A DNA stretch of 64,000 nucleotides from Sphagnum compactum (lineage: Eukaryota). The stretch is taken from contig OZ234493.1 in the NCBI GenBank assembly GCA_965153455.1, positions 31,176,213 through 31,240,212 on the forward strand, read 5' to 3'. Below are positions 11,803 through 24,929 of this stretch, piece by piece. Numbering within the stretch: the stretch's first letter is position 1; each line of letters opens with the position of its first letter. Both the position numbers and the translations under genes were made by a program. Below the pieces are notes generated by a model that ran no database searches, was not told where the DNA came from, and saw nothing but the letters and a program-made list of their open reading frames with translations.

Positions 11803-14751
11803 ATGTGTTTTCCGCCGGAAATCTCAGTGCCGGCTTTGCCGTCGGCTTTCCGTGTGAGGGATTGGCATGCGGACGAGCGAGGATCAAAGAGGAAGCAATG
11901 GAGACCGTCGTATGTTCTTCCGGAAGAAGGTGTGGGGATTGTGAGTCCGTCTGATGCAGCACCACCGGCGGCTCCGGCTCATGAGGTGAGGAGCTGTGGC
12001 GGCCGGGGGGCGCAAACCGGCGACAATCATGTGGACGCAGCGGAGCTTTGTGCCGCAGGCATCAAGCTGCCGCTGCAGCAAGGATCTGTTGCTGCCAAGA
12101 ACGAAGAGCAGCAAGGGCTTGCAACATGGCAGGGGCAGCAGACGTTTCTGGATGCTGCAGGTGCCGCCAACATGAAGAAGAAGGAAGGTGCAGTTGTTTC
12201 TGGAGTGGAAGAAAGCGCTGACTCTCCTCCTCGTCAACATACACAGCTTGAGATTCCGCTTCCTAACTTGGACGACAAACCTGTTGTTCCAGAGTATGCA
12301 GACTTGGAGAAGCTGCAGGACCCAGCAGAGCTACTTCTAGAAGAAGGGCAGCAGCAGGGGCTGAGCGGGCCTCTGCAACAACAGCAGCGGCCCCTTCTTG
12401 TCAGCGGGACTCCTGAGCTTGAAAGTACAGGCTCTTTCTCAGCATGGTTTGATTGCATCACCAAGAATAATGATGGAGAAATGGAAGAAGCAACTTCTTT
12501 GATCAAAGAAAGGTCCGTCACCAATGCCAGTTTCGAAGCGGATACAAAACCTTTGAAGAAGAAGGCTCTTAAGCTGACCAAAGCTGAAAAGAATCGCAAG
12601 TCAGCAGCCGCTGCTGCAGCAGTACACAGCCATGAAGGCACTGAAGTTGACATGTGTACTGAAGATGATGATGCAGAGCCTCTTCTCATTGATGAAAAGA
12701 GGAAGAGAAGGTACCTATTTTCTGATTTCTCTCACCTTTGACACTTCTTGAATCAAGCATGGTATGTGAAGGTATCATCTGTTGACATACCCACGCGAAC
12801 GGAAACCCTACAATTTCTTACCCACAAGTTCATCTGCCGGTTTGTTGGTAGTGTAATCCTTTGTGGATAATGGGTAAGTTCAGCAGCAGCAGTATCTGTC
12901 AAATGGGTGGTTTGATGTTATGCGTCTTGATGATGCACATACCTGTCTGAAATCTCAGCAGGAAGAAGGAATAACACTGACTGTGTCTGCTGTGAGTTTC
13001 TTTCATGCCATAGACCATGATAAACATCAGTATATATGTCAACTAAGAGTCCTAGATTTTGGTCTTCCTAATGCTGTAGAATCTAGCAAACATCATGGCT
13101 GAATACCTATTATTGTTGTTGCTTCTGAGATTGTGTTAGAAACTGAGGACAAAAGACTTTGCAGCTTATTGTGTACTTGGTTCCACCCACTGTTCAAAGT
13201 TAGGAGTAACATTGGCATCTAGTCACTGCCATCTTTGTGATGAAAATGATGACCTGATACTTTGCAAGTGACACCCACAAAGGTTATATGACTGCACTCT
13301 TTCATATTTGTTTTTGTTTGGTCAGAACTGACATTAGAGTTAGCTTTGAAGTTTCTTGTGAAGTTTTCTCTGCAATCTCATAGATATGCTGTAAAATCTG
13401 GGCATGAACATGCCTTTCATGATTGGAAGGTAAGGAATGGTAACTGAAGTCCTCAGCATGTGACATATTTTGACATCTCGAGTAGCTTATTCTTTGTAGC
13501 CTCATCAAAAATTGCCAGAGCACTTTTGCTCATGGACTGGAATATTCCTTTCTGAGTTCTATCACCTCATTGCTCAGCCAGCAAGTTGATCTTGGTCTGA
13601 CCTGAATGGTGTGAAGAATGCTCTCCAATCGTGCATCAGCACAGCGGTCAAGACAGAGGAGACAGGATCGTCTTGACCAGCTTGAGGTCTTGGTATGACC
13701 TCTTTCCTTTTTTGAGGAGGTCTGTGTCCATTTGAAAGCTGCACAAGAATTTCTGTATGCCAATTGGTTGGTAAAGTTTCATAGTTCCATGATTTTGGGG
13801 TGCAATCGATCTGATATTGTTTGAAACAATTTGCACTCATATGGGCACTGAGCTCAAGTACATGGAATGTGATTGTTTGTAGACTGCTCAGTTAAGAGTG
13901 GAGAATGCATCACTGCTGCGCAAGTCCAAGCTTGCTTTACAGTTGGCCAGGAAGTTTGAGCATGAGAACAAAAGTCTACTGGAGAAGACACAGAATTTGA
14001 CCATGGAACTACTTGGCACCAGGAAAGTGTTGCCTGCCACAACAAAACTTCATGAAGAATGTCAGAGCAGCCCCCACATGTGTGCTGACATCAGTGAGAT
14101 TGTAAGCCACTATTTTGATCCTTAATGTTGATTGCTATATAATTTGGTTATCACTTCTATCTCTCCAGCTAGGCTTCCGTATTGCGCTGTATATGGATCT
14201 AGAATTTTTTTTGACTTCTTACATATCGTTCTCAATATTCAACCTAGGTTGGAGAGGCAGATCCTTCACCAGAGGTTAAATCGAACCTTGAGAAAGTGCC
14301 AGAGGATCAGAAGAAGCCACTTAAATCAACAGTGAGTGAAAGCTTTACAACTGTCGATGATCAGATATATATGGAGGATACAAGCAAAGGAACGCATACA
14401 GCGGTTCACTGCAACAATAAGAAAGCAGAATCCTGTGAAACTGTACAAGTCTCTGAAGTTGGAGGTGCAGCAAGGAAGGTTAAGATGACTAGTGTCAGTT
14501 CACCTGTGAGCTGCAAGACCAACTGCGAAAATGCCCAGGTCTTCCTGGTGCCCACCAGCCTCCCTCAAGCAAACATGCTCAACCCAGTGAAGGAGTCCCC
14601 ATTGATGATACCAGTGATGGATTCTCAATATCTTTTGGAGGAATTTTTGGAGATGTTTGAGTCTGACACTGCAAATGATCCTTCTATCAACAACGACATT
14701 GTGATGGACCAGAATTGGTTGGAGAGTTTTGCAGAGTGTTTGAATGCTTGA
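11803..14751 (+). CDS. bZIP transcription factor (group C/S-like basic region), ~568 aa, 4 exons
   Basis: Exons 11803-12710, 13617-13692, 13883-14101 and 14248-14751 have GT-AG introns and join in frame. The joined domain reads [46 protein letters not shown] (N-x7-R plus Leu heptads). The start codon is the least certain part. Confidence 0.88.
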
Positions 14752-17700
14752 TATGTCGCAGTATCCTTATCCTCAACTTCCAAGATTTGATCACATGACA
14801 CTATTTGAAATTTTGATGGACGGATTGCAACCTAAACACGCAATTGGTGATATTTTGTTGGACACACATCTTTTTAATTGCAGTGCAAGGACTAGTAGAC
14901 TGGACCTGCTTTCTTGTGTTAGAATACTGTCAAGGATTATGTGTCTTGAGAGTTAGGTTATGTGTTGCTCTATTTACTAGTGCAATAACTGGGAAAGGGT
15001 GCCAGATGATAAATAGAAGGTTCGAGCTTGTTATATGATTTTATACTATTGGGTAGTATATTACTAATTGGTAGATTTATGCCTAGTTATGGCCACTATT
15101 ATTCCAGTTATAAGAGTGGTTATTAAGGAGTAGATGAATAGTTATGACTACTACCACCTCTGTTCTGAGAGGTTGACTGCAGCTGCAAGGCTGGGTACAT
15201 TGCATCAAGAAATTCATCCAAATTCCTGATGGAGCAGGCCAGCAGGTATTTGCATTAATGCTGCTGTATCTTAGGAACTGGGTAATGTGCTAAGTATCTG
15301 GGTTCACAGGGAGAGTTTGCTGGTGACGTGTTGTCTGGGTATTTTTTTCCCCTTATATGGTTGTTCCATGTCTAAGGTTCTGGCCAGCACTTTTTGGGAA
15401 TATGAATTCTATACACCTCCATTCTGGCTTAGAACCATATTGGAAATGGTCTGTATATCACGTGTGTGCTATATTAGATATTGGTAATAGTTATGGACTA
15501 GGCAACTTGCAACAGGATGTGGGTTACTGCATATAATCAAGCCCCAGGGGTAGTGAGATAATGTGCGGTAACCCACATCCTCGAGTCGGGTACCAACATA
15601 ACCAGTTGTCTGTAGTGAGGAGTTATGGCAGCGGACCAATAGGATGTCAGGCCACTCTGCATACATAATTTATGAGTTATAAGTCGTGTGCAGCCATCCA
15701 CTGGTGTGCTGCCATCATCCATGCCTCCTGACAACTGGTTATGTTTTGTATATATATCAAGGGGATCCAAATCTGGAAGTTATCTCATTTACCTGCAGAG
15801 AGACCCTATTGTATGGTTACAAGATTTAAACCTGTTTGATAAATGACTGTTCTTTTCATTTCAACTCTGTTGTGGCATTTGTGTGTGAATTAGTTACTAC
15901 CTTTGTTTTCAAATGTGTATTTTTCCTAAGGTGATGGTGACTACATAGGTATGTGAAAAAGGAAGAGGAAGAGGAGGAAAGATCCAATGAGGAGAAAAGA
16001 TCAGAAGAGAAAAGACACATAAAGAAGGGGCAGAAGGGATGAGGATTGTTGTGGTCCTCTTGTATGACTGGTCAAAAATTATTTACACTTCATGAACAAT
16101 GCACATCAATCTCAAATGAATAAACAAAAACTCTGTAGCTTGGAAATCAGGCCCCTCTAAGTTCTATGGTTTTGGAGGATCAAATTTTTGGAGGAAAACA
16201 GACAAAAAGAAAAGCAATCATCAAACAGTCACAACAAACAAAAGAAAAGAACAGTGATGATCAAGAACAGTGGTAGGTAATCATACAGGTTTGAGTCTTT
16301 TGGTGTTTGTTGCAAATGATGATGCTAAGTAATAGGTTTTTCTAAAGCTACCTTTTGTTGGCTCTGTCCTACAGAGGACAGAGCCGTTGTCGGAACACCT
16401 TCTGAGCGGGTATAGGGGTCGGAGAATCAGAAGTTGGCTGAGTGGATAAGGTTATAGGTTTGCATGTAAGTTTTTAATTGGCCCAAGCTAATGGATGGGT
16501 ATGTGTAGATTTTGGGTGCAATGGATGGGTTGTTTTGAAATCTACCCATCTATTTGTTGGGTTTCTTCTCAAAATATGAATGTGGGGTAACTGATTTAGC
16601 CATGTCTCTATATCATTTTATTCTTTTTGAGTTGTTACTTGCCTTTTTGTATCACAAGGTTTCATATCACTACCAAATGGAAAAAAACAATTCATATGAC
16701 TAATTTTAAAAATGAAATTTGTTTGATAAACATACAAATAATTTGTTTCAATTCTTTTAAATCTTATCAAAATGAGATTTGGACAATTATGCAAGAATTG
16801 ATTAAGATAAAACACATCAATTTTAAAGTAAATATACATTTTAATATAAAATTCGTTTTTGAGGTGTAAATGTTTTTAATTAATTTGATGTTATTTTAAA
16901 ACCTTCAATAACGCTTTGATGAAGATTTAATAACAAAATCATGATGAAATTAATTGATTATTATTTTTGTATTGATGTTGCTTTTCATGTTATAAAAATT
17001 TATTATTGCCCTAAGATAATAGATATGCATGTATGATTTTAGGTTTTAACAAGCATGCATGGGGCAAACACAATTAGTTTATAAAGTTGGGTGGGGGTAC
17101 AATGGGGTTTATAGGTGAAAATTTAGGGGGAACAAAGGGATTAAAATATTTTTTTTCCCCTCTATCATGGGTTTGTTTTTTATTACGAGGTTTCAATAGG
17201 TATAAGGAGTGGATAATTCAATTAGATTGAAAGAATTAGAAGTTGTAAGTGGAGCTTTAAGAAAAATGGACGAGGGGTTAGGATTTTTGTTTTTTTTCAA
17301 AAGGGTTTTTTTGGGTGAGGAGGGGAGGATGGGGTAATTCCACCCCTTTCCAAAGAAGGTTTTTTTCAAGGGATTGGGATAGGTGATTTTTAATGGTGAC
17401 TAACCAAAGGGTTGTTTTTTGAGTGGCATAAAAGGGAGAAGTTTGGTTGTTTTTCGAGGTAAGAAGGTGGGATTTAAAATTTTTCCAAGGAATTATTCTT
17501 TTGGTGGTGTGGGATGGGGTGTTTGGAGGAAGTGGATGGGTATGTTTTATTTTATTTTTTGTGTGTTTTTTTTTTGTGATATGGTGATTTAATGAAGATT
17601 TTTTCTCAAGAAAATATTTTATATAAATTAATATCTTTTTTTGGGGAATGGAAAAATTTCAACACAAAAATTTAATATTAAAAACTTAATTGAAAAAAAA

Positions 17701-18227
17701 AATTAAAAAAAATTGAACACTTAATACATTTAACCAAAAAAAAATAAAAAATCAAATTTGATTTTTCTGTGTCTCTAAATTTTTCGATGTACATGATAAA
17801 AGTTGATGCTTAACAAATAATGATAATGTATTTGAGAAATGAAAATAATGGTTAAATATTGGAGAAAAAATTAAGGTTTATGTATTAATATCTTTCAAAT
17901 TTAGGTTGAAATATTTAAAGTTCGGATGTAAGCATGAGGTGCATAATTCAAATTCATAAGATGCCAAAGGTATTGATGTTTTGTTCATTATTAGACCACA
18001 ATTTAGCCTCCAAACCATGGTTCATCAATATCCATGGTTAATGGTAGATATCTATCAGAGTCAAAGTTATTAAAAGTTAATAACAAAAATTTATTAAATG
18101 TCAAGGGTATTGATGTCTTGTTCATTATTAAACCATAATTTAGCTACCAAACCATGGATATGATCCTTTATTGTTAAGTTGAAATCAACCATAATCAAAA
18201 TTACTTAAGTTAATATAAAATAAAAAA

Positions 18228-18270
18228 AGGTTTAGGTTTAGGTTTAGAGTTAGGTTTAGGGTTTAAGTTA
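18228..18270 (+). repeat. Degenerate telomere-like (TTTAGG/TTTAGGG)n tract
   Basis: Sequence reads aggtttaggtttaggtttagagttaggtttagggtttaag. Confidence 0.7.
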
Positions 18271-18529
18271 AGTCTTTTGTTCCATATAAAGATAACATTA
18301 TATGTTTGTTGTCTTTCTTTTTTCATAGCAAGAACATTGTCTTTAGTTTAAGCTCACCATTTGTTGATTGTTTTCTTATTTCCTTTGTAAATTTGTGTTT
18401 TTGTAAGTGTATGTTTTGTCGTGTGCTTTTGCAACTTTTAATTTTGCCAAATGTTACTTCATTTGTTTGTTGTCAAATTCATTTTGGTAAGTTCTTCTTT
18501 CCTTTTTTTACACAATGGCTGTTATTTTA

Positions 18530-19300
18530 GTGAAGGAAACTAAATTAATTCTTGCGGTGGATGATTTCGATTTCAAAATTAGAGATGTTGCATTTGAAGC
18601 AAAGGTGCTCAATAGGTATGACACCTTTGATTGAATTGCAAATACAAGCATGGAAGATCTAGGCTATGCATATTTGCATTGTGATTGTTGGACAGGGCAA
18701 CTCTGACCACAATCACTGAAATCACCTTATATAAAAATGCATGAACAACATTTACAAAAAGGCATGTTTGTGAAGGTGGAAATTTTTGGCATTGAGTCAA
18801 AGTTTAAAAGAGGTTTTGAGAATGGTGACATCCATGTTGTCATCACAATTGAGTCGACAACCATTGTGTCATTAATTCTTACATTTCAACCTAAATTAAT
18901 TCCCATGTTTTTTCACATGGATTATTCGAGAATTCATAAGTTCTATTCAAAGTTGGAGGTTTGCTACCATTGCTATCATCATCATTGGTGTAAGGGGAAT
19001 AGGGGATAACAAAGGTGAATAACAATTGTTGATTGCATATGGAGAAGGTGAATTTGACCAAGACATTTTTGCTTTTGGTAACAATTTCAAAACAAAATAT
19101 GAGCAACTTCTTGAGGTGTATAATGGAGGTCATTGTGCAATGGTTTTAATCAATAATGTGACAACAACAAAAGGAGATCGATATTTGAGGGCACAACATT
19201 ACACAATTTTAACAAAGGTTGTTGATGAAGCTATTCGAGCTCACTTTCTACAGTTCCACAACAAATTATCAAGTGTTCAATCTACATTCAAAGAGGTAAA
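18530..19300 (+). pseudogene. Frameshifted OB-fold / RPA-like ssDNA-binding protein remnant
   Basis: Consecutive frames give 'KMHEQHLQKGMFVKVEIFGIESK...GDIHVVITIESTTIV' and 'IAIIIIGVRG...QLLIAYGEGEFDQDIFAFG'. The beta-rich pattern resembles tandem OB folds. The block is bounded by AG (~18530) and GT (~19296) splice-like sites. Confidence 0.45.
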
Positions 19301-19554
19301 TTCCTTTATTTTCCTTTGCATCATTTAGTTGTTTTTCAAATTTACACATAAAACATCAAATTGAACCTAATGTTCATTTCATGATCAATTATATTTTAAA
19401 AAATAATGAAAAATATAAAAATAATGTATTGAATTTTATTTTTTTAGCGTAAAAAATATTTGGGTTTTAAGTTAATTTTTTGAAGTGGTCCATCAAATGG
19501 TCCTTGGCAATTTAGAATGGAAAGCACTTTAAGTCCCCTTTATTGTCTAAGATC

Positions 19555-19935
19555 AAGACCACTTGGTGGCCACCAAGTCTTTCGACGTTAAATTGCGAGG
19601 GACGACTAGGTCGTTGGATGTTAGATTGTGAGAGACGACTTGGTGGACACCAAGTCATCCCTTGTAGTTTAACGTTAAACAATCTGGTGGCCACCATGTT
19701 TTCAAATGAAAGGTGGGGGTTTTTTTTTTTCCACTTGGAGACTTGGTGGCCACCAAGTCATCCCTCACAGTCCAACATCAAACAATTTGGTGGCCACTAG
19801 GTCATCCTTCGCAATCCAACGTTAAACAACATGGTGGCCACTAGGTCTCCAAGCGAAAAAAAAAGACACAATTTGGTGGCCATTAGGTTGTCCTTTGCAA
19901 TTAACGTGGAACAATTTGGTGGCCACCAGGTCTCC
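19555..19935. repeat. ~45-bp tandem array built on the palindromic core TGGTGGCCACCA
   Basis: About 9 copies of (t)tggtggccacca(a/g)gtc at roughly regular spacing. Confidence 0.85.
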
Positions 19936-21139
19936 CCCAAAAAAAAAGAAATAAAAGAAATAAATAAAGAAAAATAAAATGCAACCTAGGTTCAAACATT
20001 GTTGTTGTTGTTCTTCTTTTGTTTTCCCACCTAGGTAGTAAGGAGATTCGAGTGCCCAACCCAATTCTCCTCTTCCTAAGGAGATTTTTTTTTTTAGAAG
20101 AGGAGACCCGAATCTAATGTAAAAAAAAAAAACATAACCATTTGATTCTTTCCTCCTTGAGGAGGGGAGAACCAAACGGCCACATAATTTTCTTTACTAA
20201 AATGACTTATAGAAAATAAAACTACATTGAGATGACTTTTTTTTATTGGAATTATTTAAAGAACAAAAATCCATGTTCTATTGCATACTAAACATAGAGT
20301 ACAATGTTGCTACTAAAAGTGAAAAAATTGTCTTTATATAGTCCAATGGAATTCCTTTTTGGGTAAAGAATATGGGAGTGTGTTTGTACAAAGAAAAAAA
20401 AATTGTAATTTTAATACGATAAGTAGACAAGTATGTGAAAAACCTTTGTAAATAAAATTTTATAACGTTTTCCACATTGGTCAATAACCTTTGAACATTG
20501 AACAGATTTTGTAGCCCCTTTCTTGGTGCATTTAATATCACAAGAATCATTGGAATTGGTTTTAAAATGAACAAGATATGGCTTATGGAAGTGGAGGTGA
20601 AAAAGTAAGGTTTAAAGATAAAAAACCAGTTTTTGTTTTAGAGCTTAAGATATATATATGTTGGGCTAATGTTTTTGCATTCAAAGACCATTTTTAAAGC
20701 TTTAAATTTCACACCCATAACTTTTTAAATCACTCAAAACGAATAATAAACAAAAGAGATATTGGTTTAAAAAAAGGGGGTATAAGTCTTTGAATGACTT
20801 TTCTTCTTGATATTTCTTTTATTGTTATTGATTTTTTATCTTATTTTTTGTTTTCTCTTTAGGTATTAATTTTTTAAATTATTATGTTGAATCAAAATCA
20901 ATTTCTAAACAAAACCCTTTTAGACATTAAGGTTATTGATAGTTTTTATGTGACTTGTCTATATTTAACTTTAGTATATGAATAAACTATATATGTGAAA
21001 ACTCCTTAAATCAAAATTTTGGTTCAAATAGCCCATACTATATAATCATTTTCATAGTTTTTTTTTAAAGGAAAATGAAAGTTCTCATACATTAATTTCT
21101 ATCAAGTGCTGAAAATAATTTTAAATGCAACATTTTGTA

Positions 21140-21815
21140 TGTGAATCAATTTTTCAATGAAAGCAATTTTTTAATGGAAAAAGTTTTTTCAATGAAAGCA
21201 ATTTTTCAATGGAAGAAGTTTTTTCAATGAAAATAGTTTTTCAATGGAAGTAGTTTTTTCAATGAAAATAATTTTTTCAATGCAAATAATTTTTCAATGT
21301 AAATTTTTTTCAATGCAAGCAATTTCTTTAATGCAAGCAGTTTTTCAATGGAAATAATTTTTTTCAATGAAAGCAATTTTCAATTCAAGGATTTTTTTCA
21401 ATGCAAGTAGTTTTTCTAATGAAAGCAATTTTTCAATGTGAGTAATTTTTTTCAATGAAATTTTCTTTTTAATGCAAGAATTTTTTTCATGAAAACAAAA
21501 TTTCAATGCATGCAATTAGTTTCAATGAAAGCAATTTTTCAATGCAAGCAATTGTTTTCAATGAAAGCAAATTTTCAATGCAAACAATTTTTTTAATGAA
21601 AGGAGATTTTCAACACAAATGATTTTTCAATATAAATAGTTTTTCAATGCAAATAATTTTTCAATGTAACCAAAGTTTCAATGAAAATAAATTTTCAATA
21701 CATGCAAATTTTTAGTACAAATATTTCAATGCTAGCAAATTTTCAATTCAAGCAAGTTTTCCATCTAAATAATATTCCAATATATAGAGTTTTTCAATGC
21801 AAGGAATTTTTCAAA
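21140..21815. repeat. ~21-bp AT-rich minisatellite (TTTTTCAATG core)
   Basis: About 30 degenerate units of 'tttttcaatg(a/c)aagcaa'. Confidence 0.9.
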
Positions 21816-21929
21816 AAAAAGAAAAAGTAAATAGTCTTGAATGAATCATTGATTTTATCTTTTTTGAATGTGTTTATGTGGGAACCATGTTTTTGTTTAT
21901 ATGGATATCCATTAAATTGAAGTTAATAA

Positions 21930-22505
21930 TAATGGAAACACCTTCATTAAATCTGGTTGATGCATCATTTGAACATGTATTGCATCCATATGGCTTTGAT
22001 ATAGGTTTAACATACAAATATGAAATAAGCAATTGTTTTTTAAATTCTATATCTTATTTATTGGATAATCATTTATCATCTTTTGAATTGAGGCAAAATA
22101 ACATGGCATATATATTGTATGTGTGTATAAAGTTCATTCATGTTCAATTTCTATATTCTTAAACAACTTTCAAAATGTGTTTCAACAATTTCCTAAACAT
22201 GGTCTAATCATCATTATGGGAGATTTTAATGTTGATATTCTAAAAGATAATAACCAACCAAAAAATAAACAAGAACAATTTATTTCATGGATAAATTCCA
22301 ATTAAAATCACAATTTAATGAAAGCACCACAAAAGTTGGATTTTACATAGACCATATATCGGCAAATGTCCTTGGAAATGAATGCAAATCTAGTATAATA
22401 GAAGCATATTGGTCAAATTTTCACAAACCGATTTATATTGCATTCAAACTACCAAACACATTTCCAATGTATAACAAAAAACCATCAATGTTTCCATTTA
22501 TTTAA
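21930..22505 (+). pseudogene. AP-like endonuclease (exonuclease/endonuclease/phosphatase fold) remnant, preceded by an OTU-like fragment
   Basis: 'IIIMGDFNVDILK' (GDFN), 'TTKVGFYIDHISAN' (IDH) and 'YWSNFHKPIYIAFK' (SDHxPI equivalent) are hallmark APE motifs. Upstream, 'SNCFLNSISYLL...ELRQ' resembles the OTU GxxNCLFxA/S..LR Cys box; that match is weaker. Confidence 0.75.
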
Positions 22506-23309
22506 AGTTTAATGTTTGTGAAAATATACATGTAAATGTTACATTTTCCACCTAATTGATTACTCCCAAAATGTTGGCACCTTGTGGTTGGAATTTGCAT
22601 TTTTACATTTTTTTTCATTGACCATGTGCAAAGAAAAATCATAAATATCAATACCAAGACAAAAAAATTTGAATGATTGTTCTATCCACATGTACACCCA
22701 TCAAACATCATAACAACACACCTTTCATGAAAAACCTAAACCCAAAATGTGACAAAAATAAAATAAAATGTCAAATTTTCAAATTTCAAAATGTGACAAA
22801 AAAAATAAATCTTTCCATGTAAATTATATCCATTCAATGTTGATATTTGTTTCAAACATCAAAATACCTCATGCACATTGCTAAAAATTTTCTACATTAT
22901 CCAAGTTCGAAAGACTTGGATTTTCTTAAACAATATAATTATTTATAACTTTATATTCATTTGTATGTTTAAAGAAAAGACAATGGAACCATGGTTTCAA
23001 TTTCTAAACATGTACAATGAATTCTAAGATGATTAGAAAACTTTAGTTTTTAGTACAAATGTGAAAAAAAATAGAATTATGATCTTTCATAAAGCCAACA
23101 AACTTTCATCCAATATAACTTGAGTTCATAGTAGAACATTAAATATAATACCTTATTTTCAGGATAGAGCCTCTTGTGGCAGCGCTACCTGTTTACCTAC
23201 TCACAAAATAATTTTTTGTAGCTCTCCGAAAAGACTTTCTACCCTTGGAGCCTACATAGTGTGAATGTTTGAAATATCTCTTTACAATACTCCCAGACTT
23301 TTGCTTGCA

Positions 23310-23590
23310 GTGGTCTTTTTTAATGAATTTTGTGATGTAGCCAAAGTGGTGATCCTGAAAGGGGGAGGGGGAAGGTTTAGCCAAATTTGGCTATAAACCA
23401 GATGTGAAATTACAAAAATTCAATCATGCTTTTATATTTTTGACTACTTACTGGAACCAATTACTGAAATCTGGTGATTATTATTTTGTTGATTGAAACA
23501 TAAAAAACAATCACTTCATTTTTGAATTTTTGAATTTGAATTTGAATTTTTGGTGAATATTTTGACAGTAAAAAAAAAAGGCTGCTTGGT
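23310..23590. repeat. Copy of an abundant dispersed repeat family with palindromic TAGCCAAATTTGGCTA core
   Basis: Related copies lie at ~5400-5560, 36230-36470, 39830-40010, 46520-46720, 48290-48530, 50090-50230 and 52900-53340, in both orientations. Confidence 0.7.
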
Positions 23591-24190
23591 TGCAAAACCA
23601 TGACTCATTCACTTATTTTGTGGTAAATTTTTACATTGGTTACTAGGACATCATAAATGGCAGTTGTGAGGATTGAGATGGTCCTTTTCATCCATTGCAG
23701 CAAAGGGTTATCATGGGACCAATGAGAGGCCAGGGTTGTACCTAGTGCTCACTGGTAGGTCTTGCTAATGAAATGAAGGTCACAAGGTTATGGCCTAAAA
23801 CTGGGGACCTGCCAACCAATCAGGTCGTCCAGATCCTCACAAACAGCCGGTTTGTGACTTTACAAGTTGTTTGATTTTCACTGTCGAATATTTATTTTAT
23901 TTTAAAGTTCCCATGTCCAAAATAAGGATCCTTTTATTTTACTTCACCCAAAATAAAATTAAAATTGCTTTGAAGTAAAATATTGTTTGAGAATTTCAAC
24001 ATTTCTGAGAATAATATTAATTAGTGCAGAAGAAGCTGCCAAGCTAGTACCCATTCCATATGCAGCACTAACATTCACCAGTTTTTGTCAAAATAGTTAA
24101 ATTTTTTCATAATAGGATCGGGCAACTTTATTTTGAATATTAAATTTTTTTTCCTGGCTAAAGTCAAGAATAAATAATATACAAAGTGTG

Positions 24191-24406
24191 GGCCAAGGTG
24201 AATTGACCCCCCACATTGGGATCATGGTAAAAACCCCAAAACCCATTTAAATTGCTTATAAGTATTATAAATATTTATAAATATAATCTCCATAGACAAA
24301 ATCAGGGTCCCCAAGTTCAAATCTATAACTTTTGGGGGCCTAATATAGCCACCATTTAATGAGGTTTTTACCATGATCCCAATGTGGGGGTCAATTCGCC
24401 CTGGCC
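24191..24406. mobile_element. Mutator-like (MULE) MITE, 216 bp
   Basis: ~46-bp TIRs: GGCCAAGGTGAATTGACCCCCCACATTGGGATCATGGTAAAAACC and GGTTTTTACCATGATCCCAATGTGGGGGTCAATTCGCCCTGGCC. There is a perfect 9-bp TSD, CAAAGTGTG, at 24182-24190 and 24407-24415. Confidence 0.9.
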
Positions 24407-24929
24407 CAAAGTGTGCACATTACGTTTTTAGCATCTACAGTGGTAGTCTAATGGTAGGGAGTCTGGAAGTAGGGACCAACCCCCCCTCTTCATTGGTTCT
24501 TTCTGCTGGCTGGGTCGCCCACCTTTTTGTTTGCCGGTTCTCCCTACTTCCACGCTCAAGATGTGACCCTGCACTGGACATTTTGGATGAGGTTCATCAG
24601 TCACTGATCCACTGGAAGACTGCTGGGACCCTGAAAAAGAGCTTTCAGAGCCCTAGAGGAGTCCTGGATGATCGACTAGATGGTTAAATCGGACCAAGTG
24701 GGTTTCTATTAGTAGTCTCCCACCCACTCGCACGCAGTTCCAGTTTCTAAAAACAGTTAGTAACTAAAACTTGGACGTGAGAGATATTTTGCAGGGTCGC
24801 ATACTGAGCGTTGGTGGAGATGCTCTTAACGTCGGTGGCCATTTTGTGGTTTAATGGCAGGGTCAATTATTAGAGTTTAGTGTGCTGGGAGTTCGATTCT
24901 TTAGAATATCAACAATAGTAATTTTTAAA

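Larger units (their letters stand above)
16354..23183 (+). mobile_element. Helentron/Helitron2-like composite element, non-autonomous and degenerate
   Basis: 5' hairpin GGCTCTGTCCT-acag-AGGACAGAGCC (16360-16385) and 3' subterminal inverted copy AGGATAGAGCC (23161-23171). Inside are OB-fold-like, OTU-like and AP-endonuclease remnants plus tandem arrays. Confidence 0.6.

Noticed and set aside
11468-12689. Minus-strand ORFs of 118-165 aa
   Set aside because: They are antisense shadows of the GC-rich bZIP exon 1 and its leader, with no recognisable domain.
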